64,000 nt of DNA from Candidatus Scatomonas merdigallinarum (GCA_018716305.1 DVKB01000016.1:937-64936), one strand, 5' to 3'; counted from the first letter of the stretch, positions 1 to 9,440 are shown. The notes: generated by a model not told the origin, from the letters alone. Numbers and translations are program-made.

Positions 1-80
1 TCCGTTGGTACATGCGTCTGCCCATTTCGCAAATCTGCTCTTTTATCATCTGTTCATCCATTTTCTGTCACCTGTCCCGC

Positions 81-1703
81 CTATTCTACCTTTGAAACCT
101 CACACGCCTTGCTTCCCTCTGTAAATTCCAGGTTCACCCGGTCTCCCACTTCTTTGCGGAGGATTTCCAGATTGTCCGCTACATTCACGTCAAAAAGCCG
201 TTCATCCCCCTCCAGCATAATATAATAGTGTGTGTTGCCTTCCTGCACAATGGAAGAAATTTTTTCAATGATTCCGCTGGTCTTCTGTTCTTCCGCCGTT
301 TCGCTGAGGATATGATTGGATTCCATCAGCTGATGATAGCTCTCCTGGCACTGCTCCAGGGTATCTCCAATGGCCACCACCTGGTATTTCTGCACATTAA
401 CCAGAGCATATTTTTTCACCAGCCCGCTGCCGTCCTTCAGCGTCAGGAAATACGTAGGCTGATTATCAATGTTCAGCAGCAGCGGAAAAGTCGCCACGTA
501 GCCAAGATCCTGAACCTGTCCCTCCGCGCTTCCCATTGCGCTGGCCTCCACCGCGCCGGTTACCGAAAAGAATTTTGTCTCTTTCGTCCGCTGATTCATC
601 AGCACAAATCCCACAATACTCTGATCGCTGGTTACAGATGTAACTCCCGTGTACACCCAGATATCATCATTAATCGCCAGATAATTGTATCCGTCCGTGG
701 TTTTCAGGCAGTCCTTCTGTCCCAGGACAGAATTCAGCCATCCATGCTTCAGGGTTCCGTAATAATCGTAGAACTGGGTCAGCATTTCCGCTGAATACAC
801 CTTATCCACCCACTGAGGCACATCTTCCACTGCCATATCCAGGCACTCTCCGGTCTGCGCGTTGCAGAGTACTACCCGGCCGATCGTCTGCCCCCCGAAC
901 AGGCCGATGGTATATTCTTTTACCGGGCAGATCCACCAGGGCGTCCCCTGGTCATCAATCTCAAAATTAATATTATCAAAAATATATGTGGGATATTTAA
1001 AGCGCAGGTGCCTGTAAATATTCCGGTTGAAGTATTCACCTTTTGAATACTTGATAGGCTGATCCAAACGCACCAGTTCTGTATTCTGGGTAGTCATATC
1101 AATTTGCATATAACCGGGGATGCCGTCGCTCTGATTGGTAAACCACTTGATAAATCCGGCGTATTTCAGCGGCGATACCCGCACCGGCACATCATTGAGG
1201 TTGATCTGGGTATAATCGTCCGCCACCTCAAACTGGGATACCATATCCGCCATGCTTCCCATTTTTCTGTTCCCCAGGATCGTGGCGCTGTCCTTATCCA
1301 GCAGCGGCACGGAATCAATGGCCACTTCCTGAATTTCATCTGCAAAGCTTCCGTCTTCCACCGTCAGCAGCTGCTGGTATTTTCTGGCATTTACAATGCT
1401 GGAAGAGAGAATGGAGCCCACAAGAAAGATAGCGATCAAACCGCCCACCGCCAGCAGACCGATTCGGAATGGCTTATCGTGCTTCAAGTCCGGTGTCTCT
1501 CCGTATTCTCTGGCATGTTTTGCCAGGGGCAGCACACGGAGCACCGCCACCAGAAGAATCGCCAGCAGAATCAGGAAACCCCAGAAGCCCTGTGAATGGA
1601 TATTGATGGCCGGAAGTTTGATGTAGTAGTACAAAAAGGCAATCGCAGCCACTATCACCGCCAGAATCACTTTTTTCAGCCAGCTTTTAGATTTCATATA
1701 CAT
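81..1703 (-). CDS. Conserved membrane-anchored protein of unknown function (about 3 N-terminal TM helices, large extracytoplasmic region)
   Basis: 540-aa ORF with RBS (acaggagaatgtatATG), hydrophobic N-terminal segments and a long soluble remainder; no catalytic motif recognised. Confidence 0.75.
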   Translation of the reverse strand: MYMKSKSWLKKVILAVIVAAIAFLYYYIKLPAINIHSQGFWGFLILLAILLVAVLRVLPLAKHAREYGETPDLKHDKPFRIGLLAVGGLIAIFLVGSILSSSIVNARKYQQLLTVEDGSFADEIQEVAIDSVPLLDKDSATILGNRKMGSMADMVSQFEVADDYTQINLNDVPVRVSPLKYAGFIKWFTNQSDGIPGYMQIDMTTQNTELVRLDQPIKYSKGEYFNRNIYRHLRFKYPTYIFDNINFEIDDQGTPWWICPVKEYTIGLFGGQTIGRVVLCNAQTGECLDMAVEDVPQWVDKVYSAEMLTQFYDYYGTLKHGWLNSVLGQKDCLKTTDGYNYLAINDDIWVYTGVTSVTSDQSIVGFVLMNQRTKETKFFSVTGAVEASAMGSAEGQVQDLGYVATFPLLLNIDNQPTYFLTLKDGSGLVKKYALVNVQKYQVVAIGDTLEQCQESYHQLMESNHILSETAEEQKTSGIIEKISSIVQEGNTHYYIMLEGDERLFDVNVADNLEILRKEVGDRVNLEFTEGSKACEVSKVE

Positions 1704-1765
1704 TTCTCCTGTCTTTGTTCTGTCTGTAATTGTACTGCCGGCAGCCTTCCGGCAATACTGATGTT

Positions 1766-1794
1766 AGAATATCATGGCCGGAAAGATCTGGCAA
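1766..1794 (-). promoter_or_regulatory. sigmaA-type promoter of the 540-aa membrane protein gene
   Basis: TTGCCA (1794-1789), 17 nt spacer, TG-a-TATTCT (1771-1766). Confidence 0.55.
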
Positions 1795-1807
1795 GGCTCT
1801 GCCGGAA

Positions 1808-1837
1808 ACTTTAAACAGACTTTAAAAACACTTTAAA
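1808..1837. repeat. Three ACTTTAAA direct repeats with 11-bp period
   Basis: actttaaa at 1808, 1819 and 1830, just upstream of the -35 box at 1794. Confidence 0.7.
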
Positions 1838-1861
1838 AAGCCCGCATCGCTGCGGGCTTTT
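1835..1861 (-). terminator. Rho-independent terminator of tRNA-Leu
   Basis: aaaagcccgca-tcgc-tgcgggctttt hairpin; the minus strand is followed by a T run. Confidence 0.85.
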
Positions 1862-1866
1862 GGGTC

Positions 1867-1948
1867 TGCCGGTGGCCGGACTCGAACCGGCACGGATCGC
1901 TCCGCATGATTTTGAGTCATGTGCGTCTGCCAATTCCGCCACACCGGC
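1867..1948 (-). tRNA. tRNA-Leu (anticodon CAA), CCA not encoded
   Basis: Minus strand GCCGGTGTGGCGGAATTGGCAGACGCACATGA-CTCAAAA-TCATGCGGAGCGATCCGTGCCGGTTCGAGTCCGGCCACCGGCA: acceptor stem, D arm, anticodon arm, long variable arm and GGTTCGAG T loop. Confidence 0.97.
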
Positions 1949-1975
1949 ATATGAAATTCTGTCTGAAAAGCGTCC

Positions 1976-2023
1976 TGCTTAACAGACAGATTTTATTTTA
2001 GCATATCTCTGTCTGTTAAGCAA
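1976..2023 (-). promoter_or_regulatory. tRNA promoter embedded in a perfect 15-bp inverted repeat (probably also the lysA 3' hairpin)
   Basis: TTGCTT (2023-2018), 17 nt, TG-c-TAAAAT (2000-1995); arms tgcttaacagacaga 1976-1990 and tctgtctgttaagca 2008-2022. Confidence 0.65.
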
Positions 2024-2034
2024 GCCTTTCCTTT

Positions 2035-3306
2035 TTATTCGCCAAACATCTTTTTATACTCAGGGGTAAAATCCAGAGTGGCAAAATAATCTTTCGGTTC
2101 CTCTGCCCGGCGGATCTTCTGAAAACTTCCATCCTCCTTCAAAAGAACTTCCGCGGACCAGAGTCTTCCGTTATAATTGTATCCCATAGAAAAACCGTGG
2201 GCCCCTGTGTCATGGATTACCAGAATGTCCCCCATATCGATTTTGGGCAGCATCCGGTCAATGGCGAATTTATCGTTGTTTTCACAGAGCGATCCCGTTA
2301 CATCATATTTATGATCGCAGGGCGCTTCTTCCTTGCCCATGACCGTAATGTGATGATAGGCTCCGTACATGGCCGGACGCATAAGATTGGCAGCGCAGGC
2401 ATCCAGTCCGATATACTCTTTATAAATGTGTTTTTCATGAATGGCTTTTGCCACCAGACAGCCATAGGGTCCCATCATGAAGCGGCCCATTTCCGTGCAG
2501 AGGCTCACATCTCCCATGCCCGCCGGAACCAATACCTTTTCGTACACTCTGCGCACGCCGTCGCCGATGGCCTGGATATCATTCGGCTCCTGATCCGGCC
2601 GGTAGGGAATGCCCACTCCTCCGGACAGATTGATAAAGGTAATGTGACAGCCTGTCTCTTTCTGAAGTTTTACCGCCACTTCAAACAGAACTTTCGCCAG
2701 CGCCGGATAATATTCGTTGGTCACCGTATTGCTGGCCAGAAAAGCGTGAATTCCAAACTCTTCCGCCCCCTTGGCTTTCAGCATCCGGAAAGCCTCAAAC
2801 AGCTGCTCGGTAGTCATTCCGTATTTGGCGTCTCCCGGATTGTCCATAATATCCGTGGTGATCTTGAACAATCCGCCCGGATTATAGCGGCAGCTGATCT
2901 TTTTGGGAATATAGCCCAAAGTCTTCTCCAGAAAATCCACATGGGTAATATCATCCAGATTAATGACGGCTCCCAGCTCCGCGGCTTTTTTATACTCCTC
3001 CGCCGGGGTGACATTGGAAGAAAACATGATATCGTCTCCCCCGAATCCCATGGCTTCCGAGAGCATCAGTTCTGTCAGGGAAGAACAGTCGCAGCCGCAG
3101 CCGTATTCCCCGAGAATCTTGATCAGATAGGGATTGGGATTGGCCTTGACAGCAAAATATTCCTTGAATCCGGGATTCCAGGAAAAGGCTTTCATCACTT
3201 TTTCCGCGTTTTCCCGGATCCCTTTTTCATCGTACAGATGAAACGGTGTGGGAATCTCCCGGATGATTTCCTCCAGCTTGTCCTTTGTCACAAATGGTTT
3301 TTTCAT
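2035..3306 (-). CDS. lysA: Diaminopimelate decarboxylase
   Basis: PTPFHLYDE, FAVKANPN (PLP lysine), INLSGGVG, GSLCENNDKF and HDTGAHG motifs. Confidence 0.93.
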   Translation of the reverse strand: MKKPFVTKDKLEEIIREIPTPFHLYDEKGIRENAEKVMKAFSWNPGFKEYFAVKANPNPYLIKILGEYGCGCDCSSLTELMLSEAMGFGGDDIMFSSNVTPAEEYKKAAELGAVINLDDITHVDFLEKTLGYIPKKISCRYNPGGLFKITTDIMDNPGDAKYGMTTEQLFEAFRMLKAKGAEEFGIHAFLASNTVTNEYYPALAKVLFEVAVKLQKETGCHITFINLSGGVGIPYRPDQEPNDIQAIGDGVRRVYEKVLVPAGMGDVSLCTEMGRFMMGPYGCLVAKAIHEKHIYKEYIGLDACAANLMRPAMYGAYHHITVMGKEEAPCDHKYDVTGSLCENNDKFAIDRMLPKIDMGDILVIHDTGAHGFSMGYNYNGRLWSAEVLLKEDGSFQKIRRAEEPKDYFATLDFTPEYKKMFGE

Positions 3307-3322
3307 ACGTATCTCCTAAGTC

Positions 3323-4768
3323 TCATTTTACCTGTATAATGTGAAGCATGTTTGTTATATTTGTAGTATTTCCCTCGCTGCTGACTTCATTCGTTGCCGG
3401 ATCCCCGGCTGTAAAAATTACCATTTCTCCTTTATGTACAAGATTCTCTCTGGTAACCATGTACAGGGCGTGGGAAATAATATTTTCCGTGGAATCCTCC
3501 TCGTATCCGGTCACAGAAATAACACCCCAGTAGAGCTGCATTTTCCGTTTTACCCACTCGTAGGGGGTTACCGCGTAAATGGGCACGCTGGGCCGCAGGT
3601 TGGAGATCAGGCGGGCAGTCTTGCCGGAAACGGTGGGCGTCACAATGCAGGACGCGCCGATGTGTTCCACCATGTCCACGGCCGCGAACCCCACCGCGCT
3701 GGATACGCTGGCGCGTCCCCGGGCAAATTCCACATCCCGGTACATTTCAAATTTCAGATATTTTTCAGATTCCAGAGCGATCTCCGCCATCATACGGACT
3801 GCTTCCCGGGAATATTTCCCCATGGCTGTCTCGCCGGAGAGCATAACCGCGTCGGTACCGTCATAAATGGCGTTGGCTACATCGGTCACCTCGGCTCTGG
3901 TGGGCCTGGGGTTGCGGATCATGGAGTCCAGCATCTGGGTGGCAGTGATGACCGGCAGATAGGCCCGGTTGCATTTTTCGATAATCGTTTTCTGGATATG
4001 GGGAACTTTGTAGGCTGGAATTTCCACTCCCAGATCTCCTCTGGCTACCATGATGCCGTCGCTGGCCGCGATGATCTCGTCAATATTCTCCACGCCCTCC
4101 GCGTTCTCGATTTTGGAGATCACATCAATATGTTCGCCGCCGTGCTCCTTCAGAAACCCTTTGATTTCCTTTACATCCTCCGCCTTGCGGATAAAGGAAG
4201 CCGCCACATAATCCACGCCCTGCTGAATGCCAAACAGCAGATCCTCTTTATCCTTGTCCGTGATAGCCGGAAGGTTCACAGAGACATTGGGCACGTTCAC
4301 TCCCTTTCTCTCGCCCAGCTCGCCGCCGTTGACCACTTCGCAGGTAATTTCCGCCTCCGTCAGGCTGAGAACCTTCAGTTCGATCAGGCCGTCATCCACC
4401 AGGATCCTGTCTCCCTCTTTGACATCTTCCGGAAGGCGGTCGTAGGTGACGGATACACAACTGCTGTTTCCGATGAGCTCCCGGGTGGTGAGAACGAATT
4501 TCTGGCCTTCTTTTAAAGTAACTTTCTGGCCGTTTTCCAGAACTCCGGTCCGGATTTCCGGCCCCTTGGTATCCAGAAGGATTGCCACCGGGATTTTCAT
4601 CTCCTTGCGGAGCTTTTTCAGACTGTCCATTCTCCCCTTATGCTCCTGGTGGCTTCCATGGGAGAAATTGAACCGCGCCACATCCATGCCTGCCTCGATC
4701 CAGCTTTTTACCATGCCGGGCTTATCCGCGTTGGGTCCCATCGTACAGATTATTTTCGTCCTCTTCAT
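3323..4768 (-). CDS. pyk: Pyruvate kinase
   Basis: KRTKIICTMGP, RFNFSHG, DTKGPEIRTG, MVARGDLGVE, ATQMLDSM, DAVMLSGETA. Confidence 0.98.
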   Translation of the reverse strand: MKRTKIICTMGPNADKPGMVKSWIEAGMDVARFNFSHGSHQEHKGRMDSLKKLRKEMKIPVAILLDTKGPEIRTGVLENGQKVTLKEGQKFVLTTRELIGNSSCVSVTYDRLPEDVKEGDRILVDDGLIELKVLSLTEAEITCEVVNGGELGERKGVNVPNVSVNLPAITDKDKEDLLFGIQQGVDYVAASFIRKAEDVKEIKGFLKEHGGEHIDVISKIENAEGVENIDEIIAASDGIMVARGDLGVEIPAYKVPHIQKTIIEKCNRAYLPVITATQMLDSMIRNPRPTRAEVTDVANAIYDGTDAVMLSGETAMGKYSREAVRMMAEIALESEKYLKFEMYRDVEFARGRASVSSAVGFAAVDMVEHIGASCIVTPTVSGKTARLISNLRPSVPIYAVTPYEWVKRKMQLYWGVISVTGYEEDSTENIISHALYMVTRENLVHKGEMVIFTAGDPATNEVSSEGNTTNITNMLHIIQVK

Positions 4769-4802
4769 ACAAAATCCCCTTCCTTATATCATCTGAACAG
4801 GT

Positions 4803-5672
4803 TCACTTTACGTGTACATGATTGAACAAGTGATCCTGACAGTATTCATAATTGCCGTTGCAGCGGGAGCAGAACCGGAATTCCAGATTGGGATCATCCA
4901 GCTCCGTGCGGCCGCAGACCGCGCATTTATGGATCGGTTTTCTTCCGCCTGAAGCAGCGCCGCTTCCCCGGACACGGGTGTACCCGGCGGCCCGGTAAAA
5001 TTCTTTTTTGCGTTTCTGCTCTCTGTAATTAAATCTGGAATAGTTCCGGGTGGCGAGGAAAAAGATGATGGTACTGGCCAGGGAGCAGAGAATCACTACC
5101 CTGGAAGCCCAGTTTCCTTCAATCATCTGATAGACAAGATACGCCACGTCTACCAGCGCCAGCCATTTCATCTTAATAGGGATAAAAAACATCAGAAGCA
5201 CCTGCTGATCCGGGAAGGTCATGGCAAACCCCAGGAAAATCGACAGGCTGACATAGTAGGTGGAGAACATCCATCCCCAGCCCATAATCGTATACCAGGG
5301 TCCCATAACCGCGTACAGGATGCAGGAACCCACCACTGTCATAATCAATCCGAAAAAGATATAGGCATTATAGCGGAAATCTCCCCAGACCCGTTCCAGC
5401 ACTGTGCCGATATTATAGTAAAACAGCAGCATGACCAAGGTAAAGATATCAAAGGCTCCCGGAGGCATCAGCACCCAGCTGACAATTCTCCAGACCTGAC
5501 CCTGGAGGATCAGGCCGGGATCCAGCGTCAGCCACCCCAGGATATTGACTGAAGATGCCTGCTGAATAAACCACAGCAGGTAGCCGATCCCGTAAGTGAT
5601 AATGATATACCTGGTCAGGTTCGGGATCGCGTATTTACCGAATTTGCGTTCCAGCTTGTTGAAAAACTTCAT
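4803..5672 (-). CDS. Rhomboid/derlin-like membrane protein lacking the catalytic GxSG motif, with C-terminal Cys/His zinc finger
   Basis: GQVWRIVSW (rhomboid WR motif), about 6 TM segments, FFIPIKMKWL; C-terminus HKCAVC...FCSRC...YCQDHLFNHVH. Confidence 0.7.
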   Translation of the reverse strand: MKFFNKLERKFGKYAIPNLTRYIIITYGIGYLLWFIQQASSVNILGWLTLDPGLILQGQVWRIVSWVLMPPGAFDIFTLVMLLFYYNIGTVLERVWGDFRYNAYIFFGLIMTVVGSCILYAVMGPWYTIMGWGWMFSTYYVSLSIFLGFAMTFPDQQVLLMFFIPIKMKWLALVDVAYLVYQMIEGNWASRVVILCSLASTIIFFLATRNYSRFNYREQKRKKEFYRAAGYTRVRGSGAASGGRKPIHKCAVCGRTELDDPNLEFRFCSRCNGNYEYCQDHLFNHVHVK

Positions 5673-5705
5673 TTTCTTCCTTTCTTTTTCCAGAAACCTT
5701 TAAGG

Positions 5706-6647
5706 TCAGAAAAACTTCTTTTTCGCCATAATAAAAACCAGAACCAGACAGACTCCCAGGGCAATGCCGCATAGAATCGGAAAGCCGTAGGGGCTGTCCG
5801 CGAAGGGCATGCTCTCGCTGCGGACATTCATGCCGTAGGCGGAGAAGATAATGTTCGGCACCGAGATCACCAGCGTGACTGTGGCCAGGAATTTCATGAC
5901 GATATTCAGATTATTATTGATGATGGAAGCCACCGCCTCCGTAGTATCCCGGAGAATGTTGCTGTATATATCCGCCATCTCAATGGCCTGTTTATTTTCA
6001 ATGATGACATCCTCCAGCAGATCTTCATCCTCCGGATAATGCTTGATAGAATCGATCTTCATGAGTTTTTCCAGCACCATCTCATTGGAACGCAGGGAAG
6101 TTGTAAAGTAGACCAGGCACTTTTCCAGTTCCAGCAGTTCGATCAGTTCTTTGTTTCTCTGGGAGCGGTGGAGCTGACTCTCAATCTGCTCGCTCTTCTT
6201 ATCAATAATCCGCAGATAATGCAGATACATATTGGCGTTTCTGTACAGAATCTGCAGGATAAAGCGGGTCTTCATATAAGTAAAAAAGTTGCGCACCCGG
6301 CCGTCCATAAAACTTCCCAGAATCGGCGTGTCTTCCAGGCAGACGGTGATCAGGACTTTCCCGGTTACTACAATACCCATGGGGATCGTCTCATACCAGT
6401 CCCTGTCATTTCTCTCCTCTATGGTAGGAATGTCCACCAGGATCAGCGTATAGTTGTCTTCCGCCTCAATACGGGAGCGTTCTTCTTCATCCAGAGGCGC
6501 CCGGAGATCGTCTACTTCTATATCATATTTCTGCGCAATATCAAAAATTTCCGTCGCCGTAGGGTCTGTCAGAGCAATCCAGCAGCCGTCTGCCGGTTCC
6601 TGAATCTGCTGCAGTCTCCCTTCTTCTGTCTTGAATATTCTCACCAT
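5706..6647 (-). CDS. corA: CorA-family Mg2+ transporter
   Basis: Large cytoplasmic domain, two C-terminal TM helices and the YGMN signature. Confidence 0.92.
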   Translation of the reverse strand: MVRIFKTEEGRLQQIQEPADGCWIALTDPTATEIFDIAQKYDIEVDDLRAPLDEEERSRIEAEDNYTLILVDIPTIEERNDRDWYETIPMGIVVTGKVLITVCLEDTPILGSFMDGRVRNFFTYMKTRFILQILYRNANMYLHYLRIIDKKSEQIESQLHRSQRNKELIELLELEKCLVYFTTSLRSNEMVLEKLMKIDSIKHYPEDEDLLEDVIIENKQAIEMADIYSNILRDTTEAVASIINNNLNIVMKFLATVTLVISVPNIIFSAYGMNVRSESMPFADSPYGFPILCGIALGVCLVLVFIMAKKKFF

Positions 6648-6710
6648 ATCCTCAGACTCCTTCTCTGTCCGCGGAAAGAACAGAAATATCCTCCCAATTT
6701 ACACTCATTA

Positions 6711-6739
6711 ATTATAAGCGGCTGAATTTTGTTTGTCAA
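6711..6739 (-). promoter_or_regulatory. Consensus sigmaA promoter of the corA-membrane protein-pyk-lysA run
   Basis: TTGACA (6739-6734), 17 nt, TATAAT (6716-6711). Confidence 0.85.
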
Positions 6740-6894
6740 ACGCTTTACAAAAAATTAACTGCTTCCCGGCCCGGCAGATAAGTGTAGCCACCGCCGGCTG
6801 TTTGTGATACACTGAAAACTGGACGGCGGGAACCCGCGCGCCGCGGGAAGGCAGACCCGCGTCCGGAAGTTTTTCTATAAAGGAGTATACACTT

Positions 6895-7992
6895 ATGGCA
6901 GGTTCATCATACGGAACAATATTCAGGATCACCACCTGGGGGGAATCTCACGGCAAAGGCCTGGGCGTTGTTGTAGACGGATGTCCGGCAGGGCTTCCCC
7001 TGAAGGCCTCCGATATACAGGAATATCTGAACCGGCGCCGTCCGGGGCGGAGCCGCTACAGCACCCAAAGAACTGAAAATGACCTGGTAGAGATTTTGTC
7101 AGGAGTTTTTGAGGGCAGGACTACCGGGACTCCCATTTCCCTTATGGTGCGCAACACCGATCAGCGCTCAAAAGATTACAGCAGCATTGCCGGCTCCTAC
7201 CGTCCCGGCCATGCGGATTACGGGTTTGATGTGAAATACGGATTCCGGGACTATCGGGGCGGGGGGCGGTCCTCCGGGCGGGAAACCATCGGCCGGGTAG
7301 CGGCAGGGGCTATCGCCTGCCTGCTGCTGCGGGAGCTGGGAATCACCCTCTGCACCTACACCCGCTCCATCGGCCCTGTGTCCATTCAAACTTTTGATGA
7401 AAACGAGATCCGGAACAATCATCTGAACATGCCGGATGCCCAGGCTGCAGAAAAGGCCGCCGCCTGGCTGGAGGAATGCATGTCCAAAAAGAATTCTTCC
7501 GGAGGCGTCATCGAATGCGTGGTCCACGGCATGCCTGCCGGGGCCGGGGATCCTGTGTTCGAAAAGCTGGACGCTAACCTTGCGAAAGCAGTCATGTCCA
7601 TCGGCGCTGTAAAAGGTGTAGAAATCGGAGATGGATTCCTGGCCGCGTCCGCCACAGGCCAGGAAAACAACGACGCCTTCTCCGCAGACGGAAACGGACG
7701 CATTTCCACCCTTACGAACCACGCCGGAGGTATCCTGGGCGGCATCAGCAACGGCAGTGATATTGTGCTGCGGGCCGCCGTCAAGCCCACTCCGTCTATT
7801 GCTTCTCCGCAGCAGACCGTGACCCGGGAGGGAAAAGCCGCCTCCATTGAGATCCACGGCCGCCACGATCCTGTGATTGTGCCCAGAGCGGTGGTAGTAG
7901 TAGAATCCATGACCGCGCTGACCCTGGCGGACGCCCTGCTGGTTGGAATGGGCAGCAGACTGGAAAATATGAAAAAGATCTGGCTGACATAA
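6895..7992 (+). CDS. aroC: Chorismate synthase
   Basis: TWGESHG, RPGHAD, GGGRSSGRET, NHAGGILGGIS, GRHDP. Confidence 0.97.
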   Translation: MAGSSYGTIFRITTWGESHGKGLGVVVDGCPAGLPLKASDIQEYLNRRRPGRSRYSTQRTENDLVEILSGVFEGRTTGTPISLMVRNTDQRSKDYSSIAGSYRPGHADYGFDVKYGFRDYRGGGRSSGRETIGRVAAGAIACLLLRELGITLCTYTRSIGPVSIQTFDENEIRNNHLNMPDAQAAEKAAAWLEECMSKKNSSGGVIECVVHGMPAGAGDPVFEKLDANLAKAVMSIGAVKGVEIGDGFLAASATGQENNDAFSADGNGRISTLTNHAGGILGGISNGSDIVLRAAVKPTPSIASPQQTVTREGKAASIEIHGRHDPVIVPRAVVVVESMTALTLADALLVGMGSRLENMKKIWLT

Positions 7993-8090
7993 GATTGTCC
8001 GCCGCCCAAGGGACGGGCGGGAAATAGATCGTTCCAAATAGGGGCAGGCGCGGCTCATGCAAGTCACGTCTGCCCCTGAAAATTTTCTTC

Positions 8091-8122
8091 AAAAAAAGAT
8101 GGCTCACCACAGCCATCTTTTT
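8091..8122. terminator. Bidirectional terminator between convergent aroC and rplT
   Basis: aaaaaaagatggct-caccac-agccatcttttt. Confidence 0.85.
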
Positions 8123-8140
8123 CTTTATACTTTCTGTTTG

Positions 8141-8497
8141 TCAGGCAACTTTGCTCTTGGCCAGTTCAGCCAGGGAAGCAAATCCCTCTTTGTCATTGAC
8201 CGCCATGTCAGCCAGCACCTTGCGGTTCAGCTCTACTCCGGCCTGCTTCAGTCCATACATAAACTTGCTGTAGGACAGTCCGTTCAGTCTGGCAGCCGCG
8301 TTGATTCTGGCGATCCACAGCTGACGGAACTGACGCTTTCTCTGTTTTCTTCCGGCATAAGCAGTTGCCAGAGCTCTCATAACAGACTGTTTTGCCACTC
8401 TGTACTGTTTGCTTCTGGCTCCTCTGTAGCCTTTTGCCAGTTTTAATACTCTATTATGTTTCTTCTTAGCGTTTAAACCGCCCTTGATTCTTGCCAT
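8141..8497 (-). CDS. rplT: 50S ribosomal protein L20
   Basis: [31 protein letters not shown]. Confidence 0.99.
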   Translation of the reverse strand: MARIKGGLNAKKKHNRVLKLAKGYRGARSKQYRVAKQSVMRALATAYAGRKQRKRQFRQLWIARINAAARLNGLSYSKFMYGLKQAGVELNRKVLADMAVNDKEGFASLAELAKSKVA

Positions 8498-8519
8498 CTC
8501 TTAAAATCCTCCTTATCTC

Positions 8520-8717
8520 TTATAAATACGGTAAAATCTTCTTCATGCTCTTTACGTTGGTGGCGTCCACAACGGTCTGCTTGCGCAGATTTCTTTTTCT
8601 CTTCTGAGATTTTTTGGTTAAGATATGGCTCTTATAAGCTTTGTTTCTCACTAATTTACCGCTGCCCGTCACTTTAAAACGCTTTGCTGCGGCTCTGCTT
8701 GTTTTCATTTTCGGCAT
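8520..8717 (-). CDS. rpmI: 50S ribosomal protein L35
   Basis: [24 protein letters not shown]; between infC and rplT. Confidence 0.99.
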   Translation of the reverse strand: MPKMKTSRAAAKRFKVTGSGKLVRNKAYKSHILTKKSQKRKRNLRKQTVVDATNVKSMKKILPYL

Positions 8718-8741
8718 TGTCTGTTTCCTCCTTATAATCAG

Positions 8742-9248
8742 TTACTTTTTGGCTGCTAAAACAATGGTCATAGTCCTGCCTTCTACCTTGGGCGCTTTCT
8801 CAATCACCGCAATATCAGACAGGCTCTCAGCGAATTCATCCAGAATATGTCTGCTGCTGTTCATATGTGCCATCTCTCTTCCTCTGAACCGCAGAGTGAC
8901 CTTTACTTTGTCCCCTTTGGAGATGAACTTTCTGGCAGCACCTACCTTAGTGTTTAAGTCGTTGGTATCAATGTTGGGAGAAAGGCGCACTTCCTTAATC
9001 TCAATCGTCTTCTGTTTCTTGCGGGCTTCTTTCTCTTTCCGGGCCATCTCATATCTGTACTTCCCGTAGTCGATGATCTTGCAGACCGGCGGCTTCGCCA
9101 TGGGGGCGATCTTCACCAGGTCCAGACCTGCCTCCTGGGCTTTCAGATACGCGTCTCTGGCGGACATAATACCTAACTGTTCCCCACTCTCACTGACCAG
9201 ACGGACCTCCCTGTCACGAATCTGCTCATTAATCATTAAATCGCTAAT
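8742..9248 (-). CDS. infC: Translation initiation factor IF-3, AUU start codon
   Basis: INEQIR..EVRL, KEVRLSPNI..ND, LRFRGRE; GGAGG RBS at 9262-9258 is followed 9 nt later by an in-frame ATT at 9248 (the ORF-track start at 9350 lies inside the leader RNA). Confidence 0.95.
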   Translation of the reverse strand: MSDLMINEQIRDREVRLVSESGEQLGIMSARDAYLKAQEAGLDLVKIAPMAKPPVCKIIDYGKYRYEMARKEKEARKKQKTIEIKEVRLSPNIDTNDLNTKVGAARKFISKGDKVKVTLRFRGREMAHMNSSRHILDEFAESLSDIAVIEKAPKVEGRTMTIVLAAKK

Positions 9249-9312
9249 TGTAGTATACCTCCATCCAAATTCACTGTTGACTGCTGTCTCCTGAGAGACC
9301 TCTGACGCATAT

Positions 9313-9440
9313 GAAAAGGCGGATAGCTGACTATCCGCCTGAAAAATCATATTACTGAAACCCCGCCGGGATTCCTTTTATGACTGTATAAACCATTAGT
9401 CGCCTGCTTGCGCTAAGGTGAGAGCGGATACTCTTCTTTC
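9313..9440 (-). ncRNA. L20 leader (ribosomal protein leader with terminator) of infC-rpmI-rplT
   Basis: 5' GAAGAGTATCCGCTCTCACC segment that can pair with the terminator aggcggatag-tcag-ctatccgcctttt (9340-9314); located between the promoter and infC. Confidence 0.85.

Noticed and set aside
1867-1948. tRNA-Leu as an integration site
   Set aside because: No integrase, no duplicated tRNA 3' end within the window, and the native terminator follows directly.
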